Shown here: piece by piece, positions 10,920-22,400 of the stretch
Layout of the letters: each line of letters starts with the position of its first letter
Numbering within the stretch: position 1 is the first letter of the stretch
NCBI RefSeq assembly: GCF_044704955.1
Contig: NC_091986.1
Coordinates: forward strand, 41,416,001-41,480,000
Source: Pristiophorus japonicus
Taxonomy: Eukaryota
Direction of reading: 5' to 3'
Length of the DNA stretch: 64,000 bases
Made by a program: the position numbers and the translations under genes
Notes under the pieces: generated by a model
The model's database searches: none
What the model saw: only the letters and a program-made list of their open reading frames with translations
Told to the model about the DNA's origin: nothing

Positions 10920-11555
10920 TGTAATGTATGCACCTGTGAGCATGCTCACATGTTTGTCGAGCTGTTGCGGCAGGTGGGAGGGCCTCCTTGTAGGACTGCT
11001 CCTGGGCCTGGTCAATGTGGTCATTAACCGGTCCAGGCAACGGGCGGTTGGGGGAGTCGTTCAGCCCAACTGCCTGCCTCTCTTCCACAGCTATGTTCGC
11101 GCCAGGGTGTCCCTGGAGATGGAGCATGCGGTGTCCACCAGTACGCTCACAGCCTTCCGCGTGAGGTGGCGCCGGAGGGACTGGAGTGCATCATTACCCC
11201 CGGCAACCAAATTTTTATTTAAGCTAAGTTTCCTTTAAAGTTTTATTTGTAAATTTGTGGGTTCTAGTGCCCTTACCAAAAGGGGGCACCTGATTTAAAG
11301 TTATGCTCAAAATAGTTGTAGAGCTGTTGCATTGTGAGTGGCTTAGCCAGTTACATGATGTTCAGAAGACTCAATAAAAACCTCAGTCAGTTGGGTCTAG
11401 GTCATTCACGGTGAGGTATGCAGTTGTGAGCCTAGTTGATGAACTGGTAATGTGTAGTGTGATTGTTAAGAACTAGTTGGTTTATTAACAAGGTTTAATA
11501 GCAAGGTGTTGCTATGATTTCTTCAGCAAAGAACCCATGAAGCAAATACATTACA
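10920..11555 (+). mobile_element. Solo LTR (copy A) containing a Tx1-like LINE fragment
   Basis: TGTAATGTA...TACATTACA termini; homologous to the inverted copy at 45760-47539; no clean TSD seen. Confidence 0.8.
10969..11315 (+). mobile_element. Tx1 (L1-group) LINE 3' fragment
   Basis: Peptide LLVGLLLGLVNVVINRSRQRAVGG...CLPLFHSYVRARVSLEMEH resembles the Tx1 ORF2 C-terminus; 15-bp duplication TTGT(C/A)GAGCTGTTGC flanks it. Confidence 0.72.
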
Positions 11556-12875
11556 CATGTTAATTACCTTTGATGCAAACTTATCATTGTGATTTTCAGA
11601 AGATTACAAAATAAATAATACATTCAAACCGTGCAAAGTTATGAAAAGCCTATAGAACTTAATGATACCGGCCATATTTGAAAATGTATTTATTAGTTTG
11701 AATTACTGTATCCTAAAATTGCTCAGGAAATGTCAACCAAGCATCATTGTTAAATTGTAAACATATTTATGTGATTTTATTTGTGCATGTGTGTACATGA
11801 TGTGAAACAGAGTTGAATTTGAACAGGTTTGTTGATATTAAGATGCCTATTACAGATTTTTGGTTTAATTTTCAATAATACTCAGAACCAATGTTTCTTA
11901 AACCTTTACATGATGGCTATTTTCTGCTATTGCTGCAAATTAAAAATGCGACTTAAAAACCTTACTAGATTGGTTAATTACTAGGAGGGTTCCTTCTGTT
12001 CACCTAGAAATTGTAAATAGGAGGATAAAGGTGTTGCTGCAAATACCAAACTGAAGTATTTTCCATTCATTTGTCTCAATTGATAGATTTTGGTAAGATG
12101 CAGCTTTTAAAAGCAGCACACAGCGAATGAAAGGGCTCTCATCATAAAAATATTGGCTGAGAAAAGGCCATTCATTTCTGAAAATCGTTCCCTACTCAAT
12201 GATTTTGGTAAACAAGGTTTTATTTTTACAGCTTTAGAAATTGGGTTGGAAATAAGCTACTAACCCACTGAAACCAGGCAGTAAGTAAGCAATCTTATTT
12301 TTTTAAAATTATATTAAGTAATGTAATGTAAACATGGGTAAGTAAGCATTGGTACCCTGCCTGGCAATCTTGCGCATTCTGTAGATGTTGGATTTAGTTA
12401 GTCAAGGAGTACAATATATCAGCCTTGATCTATTTGCTGAATAGCGCAAAATAAAGGGGAGGAGGGGAGCGGGAGGGAGGAAATGCCATTGAAAGTTTAA
12501 AAGCAATCTGTTCAGATAGTGGAGAAGGGTATATGAAACAATAGCCCATAATTTGCAGTTAGCGACAAAGCAAAGGCGTTTGCCGCTGGCCCCGAAGTAA
12601 GCTTCTCACAAAGATTTCGCAATCTCTGTGGCGAGAAGCTGGGCGTGCAGTTGAAATCAACTTAAGTTCAGGGGAATCCCTAACGCAGGCTGCTGTGATA
12701 TCAACAAGTGGTTCTAAGCAGCCAATCATAATACAGAATTCTCACAGACCGAGAACCAAGAAGTGAATAAGTTCCTTCGATTGTAACTTTTTTTTTTAAA
12801 TGGTAGAGAGAGCAAAACAAAGATTGGGGCTCTCACATGGGGAAAAGGCCACGTCTGACATTGTATCATGATTTT

Positions 12876-15800
12876 TGTTATGTCTTTAATACTCTTATGA
12901 ATGACTTCGAGGTCTAGTATTGTACTTGAGCTGTTGTGACCATAGTCCCATTTATTGTAACTCCAGAGTGACGCACAAGCATAGTGGGTAGCCTTTCACA
13001 CTGGGCCCCGCAGTGCCCTCGGATGGCACACCTTATGTGACTATACAGTTAGTATACATGGTCTACATATATGACATCACTTCTTCCCCCCCCCCCCCTA
13101 ACGTCTTTCATGCAAATTGACTTGTACATTGACAGTGACCTGGGCTTTGCTCTTCCTGGTTGACCATTGGAGGGTCGCTTCTAGCTTGGGTGGGTTGGTA
13201 GTGAGATTTGTTGCCAGTGGAGGTCCCCGTGGTTTCTGGTTGTGAGTCCATGACTACTCCATTCTTCCCCCCCCCCCCCCACCCCCACACAGAGATCATG
13301 TTAATGGCCCATTACATGCAAGTTGCATTCAAGTTCATCACATGGGTTTTACATTTACATCTTGGTACATTTGTTGGGTGGATTACAGTTGCGTTTCTTT
13401 TTGTGTGGTACATTTACATGATCAGTACAGGTACACAAGGACAGTCTAGTTCCAGCACGGCCGGATGAAATCCAGGTTGTCTGGTGGCGCAGCGCCCCAT
13501 GCTAGTGGGTCTGTGGGCGAGGTGAGCTCATTTTGCTCGAGTTGCCAGAGCTCAGGGCTCTTGCCATTACTCCTAGTGTTGGGCAGGCCCAAAGACAGCT
13601 GATGTGTCTGTGACCTCCCGATCCTTTTCGTTTGCACAGTGTCGCTGCTGCTCCCTGGGAAGCAGTCTGAGCGAGTGAGCGTTTCGTGGGGGTGCCTCGT
13701 CTTGTCTAGCAATTCGCAGGGGACTACTGACTTGCTTTCTCTGAGGGCACTGTTGTGAGCACTCTCTAGTTTGGGATCCTGGCTGGTCCAGGTCCCGTTT
13801 GGAGCTGTTACGGGTGACCCTTCGCTCTTGGGCATTGCCGTGGTGGCGAGTGGGTTTGTGGGCTACGCCTTTTCCACCCGGGTGATGGGCGACGGTAGCC
13901 GACTGCGAGCATAGGCGCAGTTTACTGTTTCTGGCCCATGGTGGATCATGCCATCGGGTGCCTGCAATGTTCAACCGATCTGAGGCAGGGTATCGCTACC
14001 GGTGCCTCTGCTCTCTGGGGATCGTTTACTCTGCGGCTTGTCTACTTCTGTCAGGGGACACTTTATGATACATCGTTCTGGTCCCGGGGACTCAGGCTAC
14101 ATCATTGGGTAGCCCGCTAGACCTGTATACGCCCGTTAGGTGTTCACAATTTGCACCCGACATCGCTCAACATTTTCCTCATTACAGCTGGACTTTTACA
14201 TTGGTTACCAATTTCAAGCAGTTCATTCAAAAATGGCGGGTTGCTGGTCTCCTTTAAAATGGCCTTACTACTTTTACCCCAATCGTCTTCCTTGCATGGA
14301 ACCATGTGTTGTTGCTCCATTAGCGCTACTCCTCGTGGTTTGGACGCCATCTTTTCCCTGTCCATGATGTCGACTGCCGCGATCTTCTTTCCCAGGGATT
14401 CTGCCACTGAAACTGGGAAGGCGCGTTTGGGTCGTCTCGGCCGGATCATCGCCACGCAGTCGTGATGAGCGGTCTATGCCTCGGGGGCTGCACGGATCTA
14501 CTCTCTTGTGTCTTTTACAACTGAAGGCGGGGGCTTGCTCTGCCTCTGAGCACGGGAGACGTCGATCGCTGGAGGGATGAAGTTTTCCTAGTTCCAATGA
14601 ATCTTCCCCATCCATCTTCTTCCAGTTAGCGTTGGTCCATCACCTGAAACAATCCACAATGGTTTATTGTGCACCGCGTCATCATGTGATACACTTACAT
14701 CCGCACTACCAACAACTGATTATCAGTTCCTTGGTGTAGGTGCTTTTGCTGAACCAGGACTAGCTTGGGTCGTTCAGCTTGATCGTTCCATAGCCTCTCA
14801 AAGGCTTCCTGGCTCATTACTGACTGACTCGCCCCCATGTGCACTTCCATGAAGACTGGAACGCCATTTATCTCGACGTCCATTATCACTGGAGGACAAT
14901 CTGTGGTGCAGGTATATATTCCATACACTTCGTCCTGGGAGCTGCTTCTCTAGCCATCTCCTCGTAATCCGCACTGGATTCACAGCCATCTGCTGACTCC
15001 TCTTCCACGTGGTGAGTCACAGCTCTTTTGCACATTCGCTGGAGGTGGCCCTTTGTGCTGCAGCCTTTGCACACATAGTCTCTGAACCGACACTGATAAG
15101 CCCTGTGATTACCTCTGCAACACCAGCATGGTGCTACTCGACTAACATTTGCACCCCTCAGCAGACTCGGAGTTAAAGGACTCGGGGGCCTGTACGCTCT
15201 GCCCTGGGCAGATTCACGTTCAACAGTTCTGCCTGTGAAAGGCGCCATTCTATTTACAGTACTTGCCAGGTTTGCGTTCTGAGAGTGAGTCATCTTCTGC
15301 TTGGAGCTGCAGCTTGAGATTATGAACGCCTGGCTGATGCTGATAGCCTTATACAGAGTGACGGTGGTTTCGGCAGACAGTAGCCTGTGAAGAAGGGCCT
15401 CATGACCGATGCCAATTACGAAGACGTCCCGCAACGCATCGGCAAGGAATACGCCAAATTCACACGGTCCTGCCAGCCTCCTGAGGTCGGCAACATACTT
15501 CGCGATTTCCTGGCCCTCGGGGCGGCGGTGTATATACAATTGATGTCTGGCCGTGAGGATGCTCTCCTTCGGTTTGAGTTGGTCCCGAATTAGCAATTTC
15601 AGCTCCTCATATGACTTGGTCGTTGTTTTCTCTGGTGCAAGCAAGTTCCTGGCGAGGCCGTAGACTGCGGGCCCACAATTGGTCAACAGGATAGCTCTGC
15701 TCTTATCTGCCAGTGTGGCCGGATCATCGCCTACCAGATCATTTTCTACTAAATATTGGTCGAGCCGCTCCATAAAGGCTTCCCAATCTTCATCCTCGGA

Positions 15801-16101
15801 GAACTTTTCTAATGTACCAACGTTAGTCATTTTTGCGTGAAAGTTCGTAATCTCGTCACCAGTTGTTATGTCTTTAATAGTTTTATGAATGACTCCACGA
15901 GGTCTAGTATTGTACTTGAGCTGTTGTGACCTTAGTTCCATTTATTGCAACTCCAGAGTGAGGCACAAGCATGGTGGCCAGCCTTTTATACTGGGCCCTG
16001 CACACCTATGCAGGTGACCCTCAGGTCTCCCACCGCAGTGCCCTCTGGTGGCACACTTTATCTGACTATATAGTTAGTATACATGGTCTACATACATGAC
16101 A
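12876..16101 (-). mobile_element. Gypsy/Ty3-type LTR retrotransposon, non-autonomous (gag plus decayed protease; no recognisable RT, RNase H or integrase core)
   Basis: LTRs 12876-13076 and 15864-16101 (TG...CA); 5-bp TSD ATTTT; PBS TGGTGACGAGA (~15851-15861, tRNA-Ser-like); polypurine tract 13077-13099. Confidence 0.93.
14886..15830 (-). CDS. Retrotransposon Gag ORF with two zinc-knuckle motifs
   Basis: MTNVGTLEKFSEDEDWEAFMERLDQY...YVADLRRLAGPCEFG...LRDVFVIGI; CWCCRGNHRAYQC and CKGCSTKGHLQRMC; frameshifts before a protease remnant (MEVHMGAS in place of DTGA). Confidence 0.85.
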   Translation of the reverse strand: MTNVGTLEKFSEDEDWEAFMERLDQYLVENDLVGDDPATLADKSRAILLTNCGPAVYGLARNLLAPEKTTTKSYEELKLLIRDQLKPKESILTARHQLYIHRRPEGQEIAKYVADLRRLAGPCEFGVFLADALRDVFVIGIGHEALLHRLLSAETTVTLYKAISISQAFIISSCSSKQKMTHSQNANLASTVNRMAPFTGRTVERESAQGRAYRPPSPLTPSLLRGANVSRVAPCWCCRGNHRAYQCRFRDYVCKGCSTKGHLQRMCKRAVTHHVEEESADGCESSADYEEMAREAAPRTKCMEYIPAPQIVLQ

Positions 16102-16273
16102 ATTTTTAAGCCTGAAACAGCTGATTTCCACTGGTGGTGAATTTAAATAATTTAACTATATCTTTACTGCTACTTAACAGGTGGGCAGATATCCTGACTG
16201 GTGCCTGCAGATGGCAGACAAACCTTCTTATCCAGAATATGTTAATACCCATTGCCCACGCTACATTTCACAG

Positions 16274-18715
16274 TGTCAGCCTGGTTCAGTGGATAGCACT
16301 CTAGCCTCCGAGTCAGAAGACTTGAGCACAAAATCTAGGCTTACTCTTGAGTAAAGAAAGTTCAGGGTGAGATCAAAAGGGATATTAGGAAAGCAAAAGA
16401 GAAAGCATGAAAAATTCTTGGCAAGTAAAATCAAGAAAACCCAAAGATGTTTAATAAATATATTAAGAGCAAGAGGATAACTAAAGAAAGGGGAGGGCTT
16501 ATTAGAGACCATGAGGGTAATCGGTGTGTGGAGGCAGAAGATGTGGGTATGGTTCTTAATGAATACTTTGCATCTTTTTTCACAAAAGAGAGGGGCGATA
16601 CAGACAGTTCTATCTAGGAGGAGGAGTGTGAAATATTAGATGATATAAACATACTGAGAGAGGAGGTATTAAGGGGTTTAGCAGCTTTGAAAGTGGATAA
16701 GTCCCTAGGACCAGATGAAATGTATCCCAGGCTGTTAAGCAAAGCAAAAGCGGAAATAGCAGAGGCTTTGACCATCATTTTCCAATCCTCTCTGGCTTCA
16801 GGTGTGATACAGGTGTGGTGCCAGAGGACTGGAGGACTTCTAATGTGGTACCTTTGTTTAAGAAGTGAGAAAGGGATAGACTGAGTAATTACAGGCCGTC
16901 AGCCTAACCTCAGTTGGGAGAAATTTATTGGAAAAAATCCTGAAGGACAGGATAAATCTACATTTAGAAAAGACATGGGTTTTAGCAAAGCTTTTAAATA
17001 AGGTCCCACATGGCAGACTGGTCACGAAAGTAAAAACCCATGGGATCCAGGGCAAAGTGGCAAGTTGGATCCAAAATTGGCTCAGAGGCAGGAAGCAAAG
17101 GGTAATAGTTGATGGGTGTTTTTGGGACTGGAAGGATGTCTCCAGTGGGGTTCCGCAGGGCTCAGTGCTGGGTCCCTTGCTTTTTGTGGTATACATGAAT
17201 GATCTAGACTTGAATATAGGGGGTATGATTAAGAAGTTTGCAGATGATACAAAAATAGGCTGTGTGGTTGACAATGAAGAAGAAAGCTGTGGATTGCAGG
17301 AAGATATCAATCAACTGGTCAGGTGGGCAGAACAGTGGCAACTGGAATTTAATTCAGGAGAAGTATGAGGTAATGCATTTCGGGAGGGCTAACAAGGAAA
17401 GGGAATACACATTAAATGGTAGGACATTAAGAAGTGTAGAGGACCAGAGACCTTGGCGTGCATGTCCACAGATCCCTGAAAGTAGCAGGCCAGGTAGACA
17501 AGGTGGTTAAGAAGGCATACGGAATGCTTGCCTTTATTAGCCGCGGCTTAGAATTTAAGAGCAGGTGGGTTATGCTTGAACTTTATAAAACACTGGTTAG
17601 GCCACAGCTGGAGTACTGCGTGCAGTTCTGGTCACCGCATTACAGGAAGGACGTGATTGCATTGGAGAGGGTACAGAAATGATTTAGGAGGATATTGCCA
17701 GGAGTGAAGAATCTTAGCTATGAAGACAGATTGGATAGGCTGGGTTTGTTTTCCTTGGAACAGAGGAGGATGAGGGGAGACCTCATTGAGGTGTACAAAA
17801 TTATGAGGGGCATATAGTGGATAGAAAGGGCCGATTTCTCTTAGCAGAGGGGTCAACAACCAGGGTGCATAAATTTAAAGTAATTGGTAGAAGGTTTAGA
17901 GGGGATTTGAGGGGAAGTTTCTTCACGCATAGGGTTGTGGGGGTCTGGAACTCACTGCCTGAAAGAGTGATAGAGGCAGAAACCCTCACCACATTTAAAA
18001 AGTACTTGGATGTGAATTGAAGTGCCGTAACCTGCACTAGACCTAGAGCTGGAAAGTGGGATTACACTGGATAGCCTCTTTTGGCCGGCACGGACACGAT
18101 GGGTCAAAATGACCGCCTTCCATGCTGTAAACTTCTATGATTACACTTAATGAAGTACCGAGGAAGTGCTGTGCTGTCAGAGGTGCTGTCTTTCGGGGAT
18201 GTTAAACCGAGATCTCGTGTGCTCGCTCAGGTGGGTGTAAAAGATCCTGTGGCACTATTACAAAGAAGAGCAGGTGAATTCTCCCCAGTGTCCTAGTCAA
18301 TATTTATCCCTTAATCAACATCACTAAAAACAGATCATCTGTGCATTATCACACTTCCAGTGCAGTACTGAGGGAGTGCTGCACTGTCAGAGGTGCCATC
18401 TTTCTGATGAGATGTTAAACTGATGTCTGCCTCCTCTAGATGAATGTAAAAGATCTCTTAGCACTATTTCAAAGAAGAGCAGGAGTTATTCCTGGTGTCC
18501 TAGCCAATATTTATCCCTCAATCAATATCACTAAAAACAGATCATCTGGCTATTACCACACTGCTTTTTGTGGGAGCTTTCTGTGTACAAATTGGCTGTC
18601 GCGGTTCCCACATTACACAGTGACCACACTTGAAAAATTAAAGTACTTAATTGGCTGTAAAGCCCTTTGGGACGTGAGAGAGGTTGTGAAAAGCGCTACA
18701 GAAATGCAAGTCTTG
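16274..18715 (+). mobile_element. DeuSINE(s) split by a CR1 insertion, followed by a second tandem core
   Basis: tRNA-like head at 16274-16347; Deu-type core GAGGTGC(C/T)GTCTTTCGG..GTTAAACCGA resumes at ~18145 and repeats from ~18355. Confidence 0.75.
16350..18142 (+). mobile_element. CR1 LINE ORF2 (RT) fragment, ~1.8 kb, frameshifted
   Basis: [47 protein letters not shown]. Confidence 0.95.
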
Positions 18716-19089
18716 TTACTATGATTACATCATCGCACTCTCCTCGCGCTACTTTGTGTGAATGAGCCGGCGTCACTTTCTGGCGCGCTGTGCTGCAACC
18801 AATCAGAGGAGGAGGAGGAGGCAGTCCCGCCCGGCCAGCAACGTGACCCTCCTTCATTCGCCCCGCGCGCGCGCTCCTTTGAATCAGCACTGCGCAGGCG
18901 CCAGCCCAATGGCTCCCGCCCCTCCCCCACCTCACACAGCGTTGAGCCTCCACCGCTTTTGCATCATGGCGTTTACGCAGCGGCGTCAAAAGGCAATCCG
19001 TCTCTATGGTGATACAACACACCCCACCCCCTCTCACTTCACTCCCTCCGACCTGCGCGCTTCACAGCGGATGCACACACGCACCTTAC

Positions 19090-19185
19090 TAGGTGACGAA
19101 GGGTCACGACCTGAAACTTTAACTCTTGCTTTCTCTCCACAGATGCTGCCTGACCTGCTGAGATTGCCAGCATTTTCTGTTTTTA
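19090..19185 (+). mobile_element. Penelope-like terminal fragment inside the IPO5 promoter
   Basis: GTGACGAAGGGTCACGACCTGAAACTTTAACT...CCACAGATGCTGCCTGACCTGCTGAG, the reverse complement of the repeat at 1085-1242. Confidence 0.7.
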
Positions 19186-19398
19186 TACCTTACCTCAGGG
19201 TGCGTTGCGTCCGTTGACCGGTGGGCGGCTTTGCGCGCGCTCAGCGCTCGGCTTCGGTCTGCGCGCGCGCCGTCCGGTAACGTCAGCGTGCCTACCCGCC
19301 CCTTTCCCCATTGGTGGGCGGTGCCTGCCGCCCCAGGTGTCAGAGGTCAGCTGAGCCGGCCTTCCTTCCCTCGCTCGTTCACTCACTCTCTCGGCGCC

Positions 19399-19476
19399 AT
19401 GGCGGAGCAGCAGCAGTTCTATCTCTTGCTCGGCAACCTCCTCAGCCCTGACAACGTCCTCAGGAAACAGGCGGAG
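19399..19476 (+). CDS. IPO5: IPO5 coding exon 1
   Basis: Kozak gccATGG; [26 protein letters not shown]; donor GAG|GTAAGA. Confidence 0.97.
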
Positions 19477-22400
19477 GTAAGAGTTGGATTTGGGAATGAG
19501 GGCGGCGAATGCCCCCCGGTATCAGCAGCCGGGCTTGAAGCGGGAAGTGGTGGTGGTGGTGTGCTGAGTGTGGGGCCTACCTTAGGCTGTGCTGCTTCCA
19601 GCAGGAGCTGATGAGCATTTTTCTCCCCTCCTCCTCACACCACCAACCAATGCCAAGTAACTGCTGCTGAGGAAAAGGCCCCGGCCCAGCCCACGTGTAG
19701 TTGACTGGCGTTTCATTAAATTAGTCCATGTGCTGCTACAGGGCTTTTGTAGATAACTTTTCCACCTGCTTATAAACTTCAGCTGTGTGGAGGAGATGGC
19801 ATTAGATTTAATTAAAACATGAAGATTTGTTGGTGTTGGCAGCGTTAACGATGTGCCAATTACAGGGAGCATTCATTTGCACTTTATATTGTAGGGAGCA
19901 TTCATTTAAACTTTATACAGTTTAAACAGGAGAAACTGTTTCCACTGGCAGGAGGGTAACCACAGGACGCACATTTAAAATAAGTGGTAAAAGAACCAGA
20001 GGGGAGATGAGGAATTAAAAAAAAATATGCGGTAAGTTATTATCTGGAACGCACTGCCTGAAAGACGAAGGAAGCAGATTCAATAGTAACTTTCAAAAGG
20101 GAATTGGATAAGTACTTGAAAAGGAAAAAATTGCAGGGCTATCTATGGGGGAAGAACGGGAGTGGGGCTAATTGGACAGCTCTTTCAAAGAGCCGGCACA
20201 CGCACGGTGGGCTATATGATTCTTGTGTATGGAATACCTGGCCCAAGGGAGTGGTAGGAGTTTGTAGCAGGTTGAATGCACAATTTTTAACAGAGGCTTT
20301 TGAAAATTGTTTGGAATCGAGCATCAGTGGTGCCTCTGATGTAACGCTGTTCCGATTTAATCTTATTTTTTATTTGGGCAATGAAGGGATTGAACTTAAA
20401 AAAAAAATGTAGGGTGCCATCTGATTTTTTTAACTACAAGCTCTGGGAGATCAAGATTTCTGTTTATAAAGTTTTTCTCCACACATTCCTGTGGATGTAT
20501 GCTTTGTTTAACTTGTTTTTTAAGCAATCATGAGTTTAAAGCTGTTGTGGGATGCTTTTCTTCAATACCTGCATAAATCAGTTAGTGATGTTTTGTGGTA
20601 ATGTACAAATTGGTCATTTAATTGTAACCCCAATGTATGTGTTCTTGCATTGCCTTCCATGTTTATAAAGTAATAGATTGTGAAAGGAATATAATTGACT
20701 TCAGAAGAACAGGTGCAATTGAAATTGCTGTCAAGGCTGGTGCTGAGTTGGAGGGGAAGGAAAAATGCTTCTCATCAGTGTGTGTGGAGACAAAGTGAGG
20801 ATAGGATTTAGGTTAGGATTAGATGTGATGCTCCCTACATTAGAAACTGTGACTTGATTGAAGTAATGGAAAGGCAAATGACACCTATGGTACCATACCT
20901 CAGCAAGCTGTTGATGTCTTCAGGTAGTATCAGTGAACTCTTAAAGCAGGTTTTAGCTCACTGCTCTGCTTAGTTCCCCTTTCCTTGACAGGAATGTTGA
21001 CGGTATTGTATGGTCAAATCAAACAAATTCAACTGAAGCTGAGAAATAATTTATCAGTCAGTTTGAACAACATTGAGATTTATTTCTTAATGAGTATAGC
21101 TTCTATGTAATAATCTACTGTACTGTAAGTTGCTAGCAAGGTCCCACAAACAGCAATGTGATAACCAAGTAATCTGATTTTGGGTGTTGGTTGAGGGATA
21201 AATATTGGCTAGGACACTAGGAGAACTCCTGTTCTTTTTTGGAATAATGCCATAGGATCTTTTACGCCCACCTGAGGGGGCAGATGGGACCTTGGCATAA
21301 TTCCTCACCTGAAAGACTGCATTTCTGACAGTGCAGCACTCACTCAGTATTGCATTGGAGTGTCAGCCTTGCTTTGTGCTCGAGTCTCTGGAGTGGGACT
21401 GGAACCCACAAACTTCAAACTCATAAGAGTGCTATGGTCAGGACGGTGATGGAATACTCTCCACTTGCTTGGATGGGTGCAGCTGCAACAACACAAAGCA
21501 TGATACCATCCAGGACAAAGCAGTCTGCTTGATCAGCAGCCACCTTAAACATCCACAGTCTCCACTGTACTATGGCTGCAGTCTGTACTATCTGCAGGAC
21601 ACACTGCTGCAACTCACCAAGGCTTCAATGACAGAAGCTCCCAAACCCACGACCCCCATCGCCTTGAAGTGCAGCAGGCACGTGGGAACACCATCACCTC
21701 CACGTCTCACACCATCTTGACTTGGAAATATATTACCATTTCTTCATTGTCCTGGAACTCCCTACCTGTGGGAATGTATTGATCTCAGACTGCGGCGGTT
21801 TGAGAAGGCAGCTCACCAACACCTTATCAAGGGCAATTGAGAATGGGCAATAAATGCTGGCCTTGCCAGTGACATCCACATCCCATGAATGAATATTAAA
21901 AAAAAATAAAGTTGTAAGTGAGAAAACAATAATTTATTATCATAGCTGCACATATATAGTGCCATTAATGTCATGTTTCAAAGGATTTTATTTTCTGAAA
22001 TGTTGGTCTGTCATGTAGGCAAATACAGACATTTTGCATGAACCATGTCCCATAGTTATGAAATGAATGACTCATTAAACTGTTGGGTGATATTAGTTGA
22101 AGGACAAATGTTTTAGCTGGGACATTGAGAAATCACTGCTCTTTTTATGGTGCCATGGTATCTGTAATGCTTTCTCAAAGCTGCAAACGGGGCATCAGTT
22201 TAAGGTTTCATCTGAAGGATGTCACCTCCAACAAGGCAATGCATTAGTACTGCACTGGAGTGTTAGCCTAGATTATGGTGTGGGCCTCAAATACAGAATG
22301 CTGTGCTTGGTTCCAAGCAGGCTTTTGTATTACATACGAGAGCTCTTTGTAATTCAGTTTGTTCATTCATTCTTAAAAATGCTTGAGTTTCTATTCTTAA

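Larger units (their letters stand above)
18730..19540 (+). promoter_or_regulatory. CpG-island promoter of IPO5
   Basis: Non-repetitive CpG-dense stretch covering the first coding exon. CCAAT boxes near 18799, 18906 and 19310 (reverse), NRF1-like TGCGCAGGCGC at ~18891, GC boxes near 19223 and 19316. Confidence 0.85.

Noticed and set aside
15831-15941. N-terminal 37 aa of the 351-aa ORF-track Gag
   Set aside because: Lies in the LTR and PBS; the plausible start is the ATG at 15830.
12543-16270. Possible Harbinger-like MITE hosting the LTR element (starts GCCCATAATTTGC)
   Set aside because: Could not find a matching right TIR or TSD.
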